Of a stretch of 64,000 bases of DNA, positions 25,131 through 44,425 are shown one piece after another (the first letter of the stretch is position 1; each line of letters starts with the position of its first letter). The translations under genes and the position numbers were made by a program. Source of the stretch: Malacoraja senta (lineage: Eukaryota); NCBI GenBank assembly GCA_038087875.1, contig CM075993.1:5334001-5398000 (forward strand), read 5' to 3'. The notes under the pieces are model-generated. The model searched no databases. It saw only the letters and a list, made by a program, of their open reading frames with translations, and was not told the origin of the DNA.

Positions 25131-26599
25131 ATGGGTCCGTGTGATCGGGACACTGCTGCAAGCAAGATTCTCATTGTACTTGTATCACACCGGACGTATG
25201 GACAAGGGCAATCAGACTGACTGGACGCTGATGCTTCGAGTAAATTACTTATAAATTGGCCGTTGACTGGTTCAGGGAAGGTCAAGGCATGTTCAGCACC
25301 CTGCTGTTCTTAAGGTTGTCTACAAAAAAACAATAGTGCGGAAAATTATGAGAGGCACAGATAGGGCAGTCAGGCAGAACCATTTTATTTGGTTTAGAAA
25401 TACAGCGCGGAAACAGGCCCTTCGGCCCGCCGGGTCCGTGCCGACCAGCGATCATCACCCGCACACCAACACACGATCCCGCACCAACTAGGGACCATTT
25501 ACAATTTTGCCAAAGCCAATTAACCTGCAAACCTGCACGCCTTTGGAGTGTGGGAGGAAACCGAAGATCTCGGAGGAAACCCACGCAGGTCACGGGGGGA
25601 GAACGAACACGCAAGCACCCGTAGTCAGGATTGAACCCGGGTCTCTGACGCTGTGAGGTGGAAACTCTACCGCTGCGCCACCCTGCCGCCTCATGGCCCT
25701 TCAGGTGTTCTCCTCCCCACCCCGCCCTACCCTACACCCCCCCCCCTTCACCTCAATTCCCACATCTCCGCCCGAGAGAGATCTCGGGGCGAATATAATC
25801 AGCGTGCAGCGCCTCACAGAAGCCACGTTGCTGTGCTGGGATTGTAAAGCTGATCACATACTCGGCTACTAAGCTGCCGGGAAATGTAATTCCCTGCTGC
25901 AGCACGATCAGGATCGATCTCCGGCTCTGGGCCTGTACAATACATCTTGTACCAGTTCCCAAGCCTGACACCGGGCGGGACGCCTCCAGGACAGAGTGTC
26001 GTTCAGCAAAGTGACCAATGTCCTCTGGCAGGCAAGTCTCCCGAGCCCTGGCAACAATTCTCATTGATTTCGGCACGCACTGTTCGTTCCACATCATTAA
26101 CAAGCTTCCCTCTCGAACAGGCGACCTCCGCAGGTTCCAACAGACCGGCTCGCAGTCGAAGTCCGTGCCAAAAGGTCAAACGCTCGGACATCTCACCAGA
26201 GACCCAACAAACGTGGACCAGGACAAAATGGCGTCCGTCACCATTGGCAACCCAGAGAGCCCAAAATGGCGCCCTGACCTAACCACACTCCAATCTGAGG
26301 GAGGTATATACAACTCACTCCAAAGGCCCTCAACTCTACTCTGGGTTCATTTACGACTCATAGAAAATAGGTGCAGGAGTAGGCCATTCGGCCCTTCGAG
26401 CCAGCACCACCATTCAATATGATCATGGCTGACTCAATAATGAAGTCTCCAATTTGAAGGCAACTTTCTACTCTCTCTCTGCATCAGACCAGCTACACTT
26501 ATCCTTGCCATCATTTTTCTTATCCCTTTAGTTTAGTCTGACCGGCCCAGCACATCCCAGGGCCTTGATGGGAACGAACACTGAAATTTGTCCCCAGTG

Positions 26600-27407
26600 C
26601 AGGAGTTGGCAACCTACGGCCCACGGGCCGGATCCGGCCCCAAACTCGAAGTCATCCGGGCCGCAGGCGTTTGTTTTTTTCCCCCAATTCGTTTTCGCGA
26701 CCTGGGAGCTGCAGCCAGTCCCGGGGCACGCAGGCAACCTGGGCGTTACATCGACATGGGGCAAGCGAGCTGACCTGGGAACTGCAGCCAGTCCCTGGGC
26801 AAGCGAGCCGACCTGGGAACTGCATAAAACTAATTGAAAAACACCTGGAAACGAATGGGAAAAACAACACCAAGTGTCACACTGTGATGACAGGTCCCTG
26901 GTGGGAGACGGCTTTTCGGAGCTCCCGCAACGGCAACTTCTCCCGCTGGAATCGCGAGGTTCAAAGGACACGGACGGGACTTACCACCGCCCGTGGAGCC
27001 CCAGTTCGCCTAGACACTGCAGTTGGACTGCGGGTTGGACTGCTTGAACCGTGGGGTTTGAAGGGCGCGGAGCCGGGGCCTAGCATCGCCCGGCGTGGCT
27101 GAATGGCCACGGGACTTGCCATCGTCCGCCGGGGGCTTTAACACCGGAGCCCCAGTTCGCCTAGACGCTGCAGTTGGACTGCTGGACCGCGGGTGAAGAA
27201 TAAAGGGAAGAGATAAGACTTTGCCTTCCATCACAGTGAGGAGGCGTTGGAGATTCACTGCGATGGATGTTTGTGTAAACTGTGTTAAGTGTGGGTCTTG
27301 TTTTTTTTTGTAATGTGTTAAAAAACCATAGTAATGATATTTCGTTCAAGCCTAGGCTCACAGACATGGGTCCTGGCCCCGATGCAGAACAAGGTTGCCG
27401 ACTCCTG
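26600..27407. mobile_element. hAT (Charlie/MER5-like) non-autonomous DNA transposon with a nested repeat at ~26890-27350
   Basis: TIRs caggagttggcaacct / aggttgccgactcctg; 8-bp flanks ccccagtg / ccctagtg (7 of 8 match). Confidence 0.75.
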
Positions 27408-29026
27408 CCCTAGTGTGTAGGTGAGTGGTGGAGTCTGGGTGGAAGCGATGGTAAGAGGGAGAGAATAGAACTGGAACCCTTGAAACTGGGCGCATGTGGC
27501 ACTCACGCTTTCATCAGTCAGGGGTATCATGTCCGGCACAGACATTGTTGGCCAAAGGGCCTATTCCAGTACTGCGCTGTTTGTCTGCTGTTTCCCCAGA
27601 TCAGATGGAGGTTTGCTGGTGGCAATGATAGATGTGATAGTGGTGTATAACAGGCTTTTAGATTGACACGCGGGCATGCAGGGATTGGAGGGTTTGGACC
27701 AAGAGCTGGCAGAGGAGATCAGTTTAACTTGGCATCATCTTCAGCACAGACATTGTACTGTGTTCTGTGTTCTCAACAAGCAGATGGATTGGGATAAACA
27801 AAATCGGGAAATGCTGGGAATATGCATCAGGTCGGGGAGCATCCGTGGGGAGAGGAAGTTGATCAAGACAGCTAGTTTGGGCAGCACAGCGGTAGAGTTG
27901 ACTGCCTCACAGCGCCAGAGACCCAGGTTCGATCCCGACTACGGGTACTGTCTCTGCGGAGTTTGTACGTTCTCCCCGCGACCCTGTGGTTTTCTCCGGG
28001 GTGCTCCGGCTCCCTCCCACACTCCAAATGACGTGTGGGATGGTAGGTTAATCGGCCGATGTAAAATTGTCCCTGGTGTGTGTGTGTGGGATATTGTTAG
28101 TCCGTGGGGATCGCTGTTAGGTGCAGGGCTTGTTACCGCGCTGTATCTCCAAAGCCTAAAGTAAACCACACACCCCGTGCAGTTTATCAAATGGTCGCGA
28201 GAAGCTGAGGGCGAGAGGGGGGGGGTAAATGAGGGGAGTGGGACTGACGATTTTCCAAGCCGCCCGCCTGCCGTTTTACAAGGGCCAAATCTCCAGCCTG
28301 TCTGAAGCACCCAATCTGCCATTTATTTACTGCTGCCTCTGGTTTCCATTCAAGCAGCAGGTGGCTAATAATGCGCTTACTTCCTGGCCCGGGAGACGAA
28401 GCACCCAGCCGTTTTTACGATCTCAACCCTGCCTCTGAACTGGCTGTTCCCCCCCACCCCTGCTGTCACCGCTAACAATACAGACCCCCACCCCCCCACC
28501 CCCACCACACATCCTTTCCATTCGGAAATTCTGCCCCCTTACAATAGAGAATATCATGACGGGAGCCTGGCGGGTTCAGTGATTCACTTCCAGCAGCTGA
28601 GCATGCCGACGGGAGTCCAGTCTAACTCCGCATTCCGAATAGGAAAATCATTCATTTGGTCATGGCTGAGAATTCTGTTGGCAAGTGCAACGCCTCAGAC
28701 TGGTGCCAAGGCTGGGGGAGTCATCGACAATCGGAGCTGCGAGGAATCCGTTTACACACAAAAAAAAAAAACACACACAAAAAAAAAAAAATCCGACGAC
28801 CCCACCCACCCACGGCAACATGCGCACTGTCCCCGATTCCCCTTCTGGCAGCGGGAGCCAGTAGTAAGATTAGTCCCAGGCAGCGTGCTGCGTGGGCCAT
28901 GTTATTCCCTGTTCCTGGCAGGCGCAAGAGGCTATTTTATGAATTAAAAGGCAGCAAGCACTGCAGGAGGCTCGTTTGCATCCAGTAGAGACCGGCCGCT
29001 CCTCTGACGTAGGGGATCGGCTCGAG

Positions 29027-29337
29027 TTTAGTTTAATTTAGTTTAGTTTCGAGATACAGCGCGGAAACAGGCCCTATCGGGTCCGCGCCAACCAGCGATC
29101 CCCGCACATTAACACTATCCTACACCCACACGGGACAATTTTTTTAAAACATTTACACCAAGCCAATTAACCTACAAACCTGCACGCCTTTGGAGTGTGG
29201 GAGGAAACGGAAGATCTCGGAGAAAATCACGGGGGAGAACCGTACAAACTCCGTACGGACAGCAGCCGTGGTCGGGATCGAACCCGGGTCTCCGGCGCTG
29301 TAAGGCAGCAACTCTACCGCTGCGCCTCCGTGCCCCG
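29027..29337 (-). mobile_element. Near full-length V-SINE (HE1-like)
   Basis: Minus-strand tRNA-like head (ggcgcagcggtagag...ggttcgatccc), central domain and CR1-like tail ending in (ctaaa)n. Confidence 0.8.
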
Positions 29338-30020
29338 CCGCGGAACGCCAGTGTCCTCCGCCCGGTGACGACGGACTGCATTTATCTAGCGACATCCCGC
29401 AGCCTGCACGGAGACGACCGGACACTTGAACCGCAGCCAGGACGTGCGAAGGCCCCGGCCTGACCAGAGGCTCATACAGTCAGGCATCATGGGAACAGGC
29501 CCTTCAGCCCACATGTGTAGGAAGGAACTGCAGATGTTGGTTATACACCGAAGATAGACACAAAATGCTGGAGTGACTCAGCGGACGGGCAGCATCTCCG
29601 GAGAGAAGGAATGGATGACACTTGAAGAAGGGTCTCGACCCAAAACGTCACCCATTCCTTCTCTCCAGGGATGCTGCCCATCCCCTCATTAGCCTCCACT
29701 TCACTGGGCAACATGCCCCATCGACACTAGTCCCACTGCCTGCGTTTGGCCCATATCCCTCTAAACCTATCCCATCCACGCGTCTGTCTAAATGGCTCTT
29801 AAACGTTGCGACAGTACTTGCCACCTCCAGCAACTCGTTCCATACAACCACCACCCTTTGTGTAAAGAAGTGACCCCTCCACTCCCTACACACTAGGGGC
29901 AATATTCAAAGGGCCAATTAACCTGCAAATCTGCACGTCTTTGGGATGTGGGGGGGGGGGGGGGGGAACCATGCGGTCACAGGGAGAACGTGCAAGCTCC
30001 ACACAGACAGTACCCAAAGT

Positions 30021-30050
30021 CTGAAGAAGGGTCTCGACCCGAAACGTCAC
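30021..30050 (+). ncRNA. Minimal hammerhead ribozyme motif (GUC variant) in a Penelope-like terminal repeat
   Basis: CUGAAGA-A-GGGU(CUCG)ACCC-GAAA-CGUC-AC. Confidence 0.6.
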
Positions 30051-31163
30051 CCATTCCTTCTCTCCAGAGATGCTGCCTGTCCTGCTGAGTCACTCCGGCA
30101 TTTGCGTCTACCTTCGATTTTAACCAGCGTCCGCAGTTCTTTCTTACACCGTACCCAAGGGCAGGATCGAACCGGGTGTCAGTTGCGCGAGGCAACAGCT
30201 CGACCAGCCGCGCCACTGTGCCGCCCATAGATAACAGAGGCAGTCAGGGGGGAACTGGGCAAGGAGGGAAGAAGAGTTATCGGAGAGTAACTTGAATAGG
30301 GAAGCAAAGGATTCTGCTGTAAATAAGATCCAGGCACCCCTCCCATGCCCACCACCACCAGCCCCAGCCCTCACACCCCCCTCACTGGGGTTCAGCTGTC
30401 AGCTCAACGTTTCTGTGCCAAGAATATTGACAACGTCTCAAAACGGCAAGGCTGTTAAACAGGACCTCTTGGTCCAAGCTGTGTTGAGCCCACCCAAGTA
30501 TACATGGAGCACCTTCTACAGAGGAGGGCCAGGGTGAATGAAGGCCCTGCAGACCAGAAATACCAACATGGACGCAGTTGGGGTTATGCACAGCCCGGGT
30601 GGTCCGCGGCGGGGACTTTACATCACCGACCGCCGGCCTGCGGCCTACACCTTCTTGAAGCCGCGTTCTCCGGTGGGGAGGCACCGATTCAGGACTTACA
30701 TCGTCTGGCCGCTCGCAGCGGCGACGGCGGAGGGTTGTGGTCCCGACCACGGGGGGGAAATGGAGGAGGACTGACCAAACGTTGTGCCTTCCACCACAGT
30801 GATGAATGCTGTGGTGGATGCTTGTGTTAAATTTTTATTGTGTTTTTGAGTGTTCTTTTTTCATTGTACCGTTGCTGGCAAATTTGTTTCACTTGCACTT
30901 TATGTGCAAGTGACGAATGGGTTTCGGCCCGAAAACGTTGCCTATTTCCTTCGCTCCATAGATGCTGCCTCACCCGCTGAGTTTCTCCAGCATTTTTGTG
31001 TACCTTCGATTTTCCAGCATCTGCAGTTCCTTCTTTAACACGAATAAAACTTGACTTGACTTGACTTGGTGGTATTTGTTAAAAAGTTGTTTGTAATTTA
31101 AGGTAGACAAAAACGGTGGAGAAACTCAGCGGGTGAGGCAGCATCTTGTGAGCGAAGGAATAG

Positions 31164-31193
31164 GTGACGTTTCGGGTCGAGACCCTTCTTCAG
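31164..31193 (-). ncRNA. Minimal hammerhead ribozyme motif (GUC variant)
   Basis: Minus strand CUGAAGA-A-GGGU(CUCG)ACCC-GAAA-CGUC-AC. A divergent partner lies at 31356-31385 (+). Confidence 0.6.
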
Positions 31194-32461
31194 ACTTTGT
31201 AATTTAATGTTTGAATACTTGGTGATTTTGTAATATGGTGGTGGGTGTCACCACGGTTTGGGGGTTTTTTGGGGGGTTTTGTATCGTGTTTGTAAACCAA
31301 ATAAATTATTTTTGATACCAAAAAAAAAATGGGCGCAGTCATTCCCACATCCAGTCTGAAGAAGGGCCTCGACCCGAAACGTTCACCCATTCCTTCTCTC
31401 CAGAGATGCTGCCTGTCCCGCTGAGTTACTCAGCATTTTGTGTATTACAATCTATAAAATATCTGCAAAGAAGAGCACACAATAGACAATAGGTGCAGGA
31501 GTAGGCCATTCGGCCCTTCGAGCCAGCCCTACCATTCAATGTGATCATGGCTGATCATTCCCAATCAGTACCCCCCGTTCCTGCCTTCTCCCCGTTCCTG
31601 CCTTCCCCCCTGAGTTACTCCAGCATTTTGTGCCCATCTCCAGTTTAGTTCAATTTTGTTTAAAGAAACAGGCCATTTGCTGACCATCAAATCATCCGTT
31701 CTACACAATCCCACATTCTCAACCACTCCCTAGACACCAGGGACATATTTTTTTTTACAGAGCCCAATTATCTACAACCCGTTTTTATTTTTGAGATACA
31801 TCATTGAAACAGGCCCTTCGGCCCACCGGTCGCTGCCGACCATCGATCATCCGTTCATGCAAGTTCGTTCCCATCCTCTTCCGACACGCTAGGGGCAATT
31901 TATAGAAGGCCAATCAGCCTGCAAACCCGCACGCTGTTGGGTTGTGGGGGGGGGTGGGGTGACTGGAGCGCCAGGGGAAGCCCACGCAGTCACGGGGAGA
32001 ACGTGCAAACTCCGCACAGACAGACAGACAGACAGCACCGGAGGGCAGGATCCAACCGGCTGTGAGGCAGCTGCTCCACTGGAGTGCCCGGCTCCGCAGG
32101 TAAAACGCCAACCACGCCGTGTACTTTGGTGGCCATAGCCTTGCATTCCTCAGCAACCCCCCCCCCCCCCCCAAGGACAGGATGGCTCAGAAGCTAAAGC
32201 CCTGTGAGGAATGATCTGCTTACAACCCCCGGGATAAATGGCGGTGACAGGTGGCAGTGGGAAGATGTGCTCGGGATCGCCACAGACTTGCCTGGAGCTC
32301 AGCAGGACCTGTAATTTAGAAGCTTGCGAGTCTGCAGGTGTGTACGAGCCTTTCTACCTCAGAACAATACCTTCCTGTCTGCACGAACCCGCAGCCCAGG
32401 CAGACAAACAACAAACAGTGTCCTTTTAGCTCAAGCCTCACTCCGATTCCTTCAGTCTATT

Positions 32462-32493
<32 letters not shown>

Positions 32494-32754
32494 ACCCCCC
32501 TCCCCACACCTTGCCAAGGAGGGTGGGCATTCCTACAGTGCCCCCCCCCCGGGTACCCCTTGCCCAGCCCAGCAGGGTATAGATCTGTGGACGCCAATAT
32601 CACAACTACCTGCTCCCCGCTCCGAGGGCTCTCCTCTGCCTCGCCTGGCGAACATCCAGCCCCCAAATAAAAACCGCCCCCCCCCTCTGTCCTCAAGACA
32701 CCAATGCAAGATAAGAATATATACCACTGGAGAGAAGGAATGGGTGATGTTTCT

Positions 32755-33040
32755 GGTCGAAGGTAGACACAAAATGCTGGAGGAACTCAGCTGGTGAGGC
32801 AGCATCTATGGAGCGAAGGAAATAGGCAACGTTTCGGGACGAAACCCTTCCGGGTTTCGGCCCGAAACGTTGCCTATTTCCAGAAGGGTTTCGGCCCGAA
32901 ACGTTGCCTATTTCCAGAAGGGTTTCGGGACGAAACGTTGCCTATTTCCTTCGCTCCATAGACGCTGCCTCACCCGCTGAGTTACTCCAGCATTTTGTGT
33001 CTATCTTCAGTGTAAACCAGCATCTGCAGTTCCCTTCCTA
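32755..33040. mobile_element. Fold-back Penelope-like terminal repeat with a central tandem 34-bp unit
   Basis: Same architecture as 20331-20612; cagaag recurs at 32881 and 32915. Confidence 0.7.
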
Positions 33041-33629
33041 AAACCACTGATATATACCAACCGGTTAATAGGCCCTTTGCCCATATATCTGGGATGACCG
33101 TGATAGCAAGTTGAACTAATCTCCTCTGCCTGCATGTGATCCATAGGCCCACAATCACCCACACATCTAAAACATATTAAAGGTCACTAGGTCAGCATCC
33201 AGTTCTCGGCTCCCATCACAGGCTGTATAAAACGAACTTGCCCCGTGCGTCTGAAGAAGGGTCTGAAGAAGGATTCTGATCTGAAACGTCACCTATTCCT
33301 TTTCCCCAGAGATGCTGCCTGACCTGCTGAGTGACTCCAGCATTGTGTGTCTTACAATAGACAACAGGTGCAGGAGTAGGCCATTCGGCCCCTCGAAACC
33401 AGCACCGCCATTCAAAGTGATCATGGCTGATCATCCCCAATCAGTGCCCCCCCGTTCCTGCCTTTCTCCCAATATCCCTGACTCCGCTATCTTTACGAGT
33501 CTATCTAGCTCATTTGGTGTCGATGGGCTTTTTGGTCGGCAGGGCTTGTTGGGCCGAAGGGCCTGTTCCCGTGCCGTGTGCCTCAGGACCCGGGCGGGGG
33601 AGAGTAAATCCTCCACTTTCTTTCCTTTG

Positions 33630-33862
33630 AGATAACTTTGAAACCCAAGTCTGAGTGAGACTGATCTCACAGGAGCAAGGTAAACAGCTGTTCCTCGCAG
33701 GGAGGCCGGGCGAACAAAACTACAGCAAAGATGAAAGATCCGAGCAACAGCCCGAACCCGTCAAATTCTTCCAGCGACACAGATTGGGTGTCTCCTGCAG
33801 CAAGGAAGCAAAAAAAAAATTTAAAAATAGCCGCCCTGGAAATTAGCATGGGCCAAATAAGG
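33630..33862. promoter_or_regulatory. Candidate muscle-type enhancer (MEF2, CArG, E-box, Fox and GATA motifs)
   Basis: TTAAAAATAG 33821-33830 (MEF2 YTAW4TAR), CCAAATAAGG 33853-33862 (CArG), AACAGCTGTT 33683-33692, GTAAACA 33680-33686 and AGATAA 33630-33635, in sequence that matches no repeat here. Confidence 0.4.
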
Positions 33863-34129
33863 GCATGCGAGTGTCAGTGCATGGATGCAGGGTGGGCCAG
33901 GCAGCAGAGGTCAGCCGGGGTCATCCATCGGGAGACATGATGAGGGCAACACGGGCAGACTTTTGCCAGGTCGGTGGCGCAGCGGTAGAACTGCTGCCTC
34001 TCAGCGCCGGAGACCACGGGCTCCATCCTGACTGCAGGCGCTGGCTGTCTGTTCGGAGTTTGCGCGCTTTCGAGACCCGAAACGTCGCCAATCCCTTCTC
34101 TCCATAGATGCTGCCTCACCCGCGAGTTA

Positions 34130-34446
34130 AAGCCCTGTCCCACGGTGCGAGTTCATTCCAAGAGCTCTCCCGAGTTTAAAAGAAATCAAACTCGTGGTAA
34201 GCACGGAGAATGAACGTAGCGGGTACGTCGGAGCTCGGGACGTCTCTTAGCGCTAACGGCAGGTACTCGGAAGACTCAGCTAACGGCAGGTAAGCACGGG
34301 AAGACTCGTGAAGATTTTTAACATGTTGAAAAATGTCCACGAGAGACCCGAGTACCGACGAGTGGCATTACCGTAAATCTCCGGCTTCGAATCAGGGCAA
34401 ACTCGGGAGAGCTCTTGGAATGAACTCGTACAGTGGGACAGGGGTT
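34130..34446. mobile_element. PIF/Harbinger-like MITE inserted in a Penelope-like terminal repeat
   Basis: TIRs aagccctgtcccac / gtgggacaggggtt; the host repeat resumes at ctccagcattttgtgtctacc. Confidence 0.7.
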
Positions 34447-34686
34447 TCACTCCAGCATTTTGTGTCTACCTTCGATTTTACCAGCATCTGCAGTTCTTTC
34501 TTAAACAATAAATGACAATCCTGACCAAGCGGGCTGGCAGCAGGCATGAGGGGCCGAATGGCCTGGTACCTATGATCGGCACTTGGCGGCGGTAGGTGAA
34601 CAGAGGATTGAGGGAAATTGCAACATGGCAATGCAATGTCATTAAAAGGAACTGCAGATGCTGGTTTATCTGCAGTTAATGGTTTA

Positions 34687-35378
34687 TAGACAATAGACAA
34701 TAGACAATAAGTGCAGGAATAGGCCATTCCGCCCTTCGAGCCAGCACCGCCATTCAATGTGATCATGGCTGATCATCCCCAACAGTACCCTTCCTGCCTT
34801 CTCCCATATCCCCTGACTCCGCTATCTTTAAGAGCCCTATCTAGCTCTCTCTTGAAAGCATCCAGAGAACCGGCCTCACCACCCCTCTGAGGCAGAGAAT
34901 TCCACAGACTCACCACTCTCTGTGAGAAAAGTGTTTCCTCGTCTCCGTTCTAAATGGCTTACTCCTTATTCTAAACTGTGTGGCCCCTGGTTCTGGACTC
35001 CCCCAAACATCGGGAACATGTTTCCTGCCTCTAGCGTGTCCAAGCCTTAACAATCTTATATGTTTCAATAAGATCCCTCTCATCCTTCTAAACTCCAGAG
35101 TGTACAAGCCCAGCTGCTCCATTCTCTCAGCATATGATAGTTCCGCCATCCCGGGAATTAACCTTGTAAACCTACGCTGCACTCCCTCAATAGCAAGAAG
35201 TCCTTCCTCAAATTATGGACCAAAACTGCACACAATACTCCAGGTGTGGTCTCACTAGGCTCTGTACAACTGCAGAAGGACCTCTTTGCTCCTATATTCG
35301 ATTCCTCTTGTTATAAAGGCCAACATGCCATTCGCTTTCTTCACTGCCTGCTGTACCTGCATGCTTACTTTCATAGAC
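34687..35378 (-). mobile_element. CR1 LINE 3' fragment
   Basis: [35 protein letters not shown]...; tail (ctattgt)n. Confidence 0.85.
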
Positions 35379-36287
35379 TGGAGTAACTCAGCGGGTCAGG
35401 CAGCATCTCTGGAGGCAAACATCCCAGTGATGTTTCGGTGCTGTCTTACAGTGCTGGATCCCCAGATTGGATCTTAACAACGTGTGCCGTCTGTATGGAG
35501 TTTTGCCTGTTCCCCCCATCACCGTGTGGGTTTTACCCGGATGCTCCGCTTCCCTTCAGCATTCCAAGGATATACAGATTTGTAGATTAAATTGGCTTTG
35601 GTAAAGATCATAAATTGTTCCTAGTGTGTAGTGTAGTGCTGGTTTAGAGATACAGGGTGGAAACAGGCCCTTCGGCCCATCGGGTCCGTGCCGACCAGCA
35701 GTCCCCGCACACTAACACACACTAGGGACAATTTTTACATTTACCAGGCAAATTAACTAAGTCTTTGGAGTGGGGGAGGAAACCGGAAGATCTCGGTGAC
35801 AACCACGCAGGTCACGGGGAGAACGTGCAAACTCGTGCAGACAGCGCCTGCAGTCGGGATCGAACCCGGGTCTCCGGCGCTGCATTCGCTGTGAGGCAGC
35901 AACTCTACCGCTGCGCCACCGTCGGTGGAGGCTGTAATTCTGCTACGATGTCCCATGAAGTTTGCGGTTCTCAATGGAGCTGGTTGGGCCGAAGGGCCTG
36001 TTTCCGCCCAGTATCTCGAAACTAAACTGATCAGCCTGAAGAAGGGTCCCAATCTGAAATGTAATCCATCCATGTTCTCCAGAGATGCTGCCTGACCCGC
36101 TGAGTTACCCCACCATTTTGTGCCTATCTGTAGCAATGTAAATGCATGGGTTAGGGTCTTGTAAGAAGCTCTGATCCTGTGGGCAATGCTATATGCCCCC
36201 CCACCACCCCTGCCCTACTTCAGACAAGCCAGTGGGTGAGTGATGGCAGGGCAGCGATCGGTAAAGCCTGGGTCGCGGCCACTACAT

Positions 36288-36487
36288 NNNNNNNNNNNNN
36301 NNNNNNNNNNNNNNNNNNNNNNNNNNNNNNNNNNNNNNNNNNNNNNNNNNNNNNNNNNNNNNNNNNNNNNNNNNNNNNNNNNNNNNNNNNNNNNNNNNNN
36401 NNNNNNNNNNNNNNNNNNNNNNNNNNNNNNNNNNNNNNNNNNNNNNNNNNNNNNNNNNNNNNNNNNNNNNNNNNNNNNNNNNNNNNN
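36288..36487. other. Assembly gap (200 N)
   Basis: Run of 200 N. Confidence 1.
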
Positions 36488-42780
<6,293 letters not shown>

Positions 42781-44395
42781 ATGAACACGCTCATGTCAAG
42801 ATGCGAAATACAGAATTTTGCTGCAAGCTGACACAGAAATGTGAATGCTGGAAATGTCCAGCAGGTCAGAGTTTAAGAATAAGGGGTAAGCCATTTAGAA
42901 CGGAGACAAGGAAACACTTTTTCTCACAGAGAGGGGTGAGTCTGCGGAATTCTCTGCCTCAGAGGGCGGTGGAAGCAGGTTCTCTGGTTGCTTTCAAGAG
43001 AGAGCTAGATAGGGCTCTTAAAGATAGCGGAGTCAGGGGATATGGGGAGAAGGCAGGAACGGGGTACTGATTGGGGATGATCAGCCATGATCACATTGAA
43101 TGGCGGTGCTGGCTCGAAGGGCCAAATGGCCTACTCCTGCACCTATTGTCTATTGTCTATTGTGTGTGGAGCAAGAACACAGACCTTACAGTCGAAGCAG
43201 CCATTAGTGGTACAAGATGATGAAAGTAATCTGGAAAGTTTTTTATTTGATTTTGAGCCCCAGAGGTTAAAGTGCAAGCGAGACGCGGGGTGGCGCAGCG
43301 GTAGAGCAGCTGCCTCACAGCGCCAGAGCCCCGGGTTCGATCCTGACCACGGGCACTGTCTGTTTGCACGTTCTCCCCGTGACCTGCGTGGTTATCCATT
43401 CTGCATGGACAGATGGGCCGAAGGGCCTGTTTCCACTCCGATCCTGCACACCACATCAGCGATGAGAGCTGGCTGACGAATGCAACGGTTTAATTTTATT
43501 TAATAAGAAGCCTATTAAAAGATTGACCAGAGAACTGCCCACTTTAGGACGGGACTGCCACGCTGATTAGTTGAACATTTCATTTTATGTCGATTAAAAT
43601 TAGCAATTTACTGACACACGGCTTCTCAGTTTGGGTTCAGCACAGATAACAGATAACAATGTCATATTGAGGAAATGATCAACGAAGGGAGGCTCTTGTT
43701 AATCTCAGGAATGCGCATTCATCTCACTTAATATCTGCTAATGGAGCTGCTTTGGAATATGTAGCGTTATCGAAATAAAGGATGTCGGCGGGGAGTGGAA
43801 GGAGGCTTGCATCTAATTTATGTAAGAATAAGGGGTTGGCCATTTAGAACGGAGACGAGGAAACACTTTTTCACGCAGAGAGTTGTGAGTCTGTGGAATT
43901 CTCTGCCTCAGAGGGCGGTGGAGGCCGGTTCTCTGGATGCTTTCAAGAGAGAGCTAGATAGGGCTCTTAAAGATAGCGGAGTCAGGGGATATGGGGAGAA
44001 GGCAGGAACGGGGTACTGATTGGGGATGATCAGCCATGATCACATTGAATGGCGGTGCTGGCACGAAGGGCCGAATGGCCTGCTCCTGCACCTATTGTCT
44101 ATTGTCTATTGTCTATTGCCTCACACCATCCATCTCTTGCCCAGAGTAGGGGAATCGAGGACCAGAGGACATAGGTTCAAGGTGAAGAGGAAAGGAATTC
44201 ATAGGGGTAACATTTTCACACAGAGGGTGGTGGGTGTATGGAACAAGCTTGCCAGAGGAGGTAGTTGAGGCTGGGACTATCCCATCGTTTAAGAAATGGT
44301 TGGACAGGTACATGGATAGGACAGGTTTGGAGGGATATGGGCCAAACGCTGGAAACGAGAGATAAGGGGATCTCTTGTTTCTTTCTCCCCTGAGT

Positions 44396-44425
44396 CTGAA
44401 GAAGGGTCTCGACCCGAAACGTCAC
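44396..44425 (+). ncRNA. Minimal hammerhead ribozyme motif (GUC variant)
   Basis: CUGAAGA-A-GGGU(CUCG)ACCC-GAAA-CGUC-AC. Confidence 0.6.
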
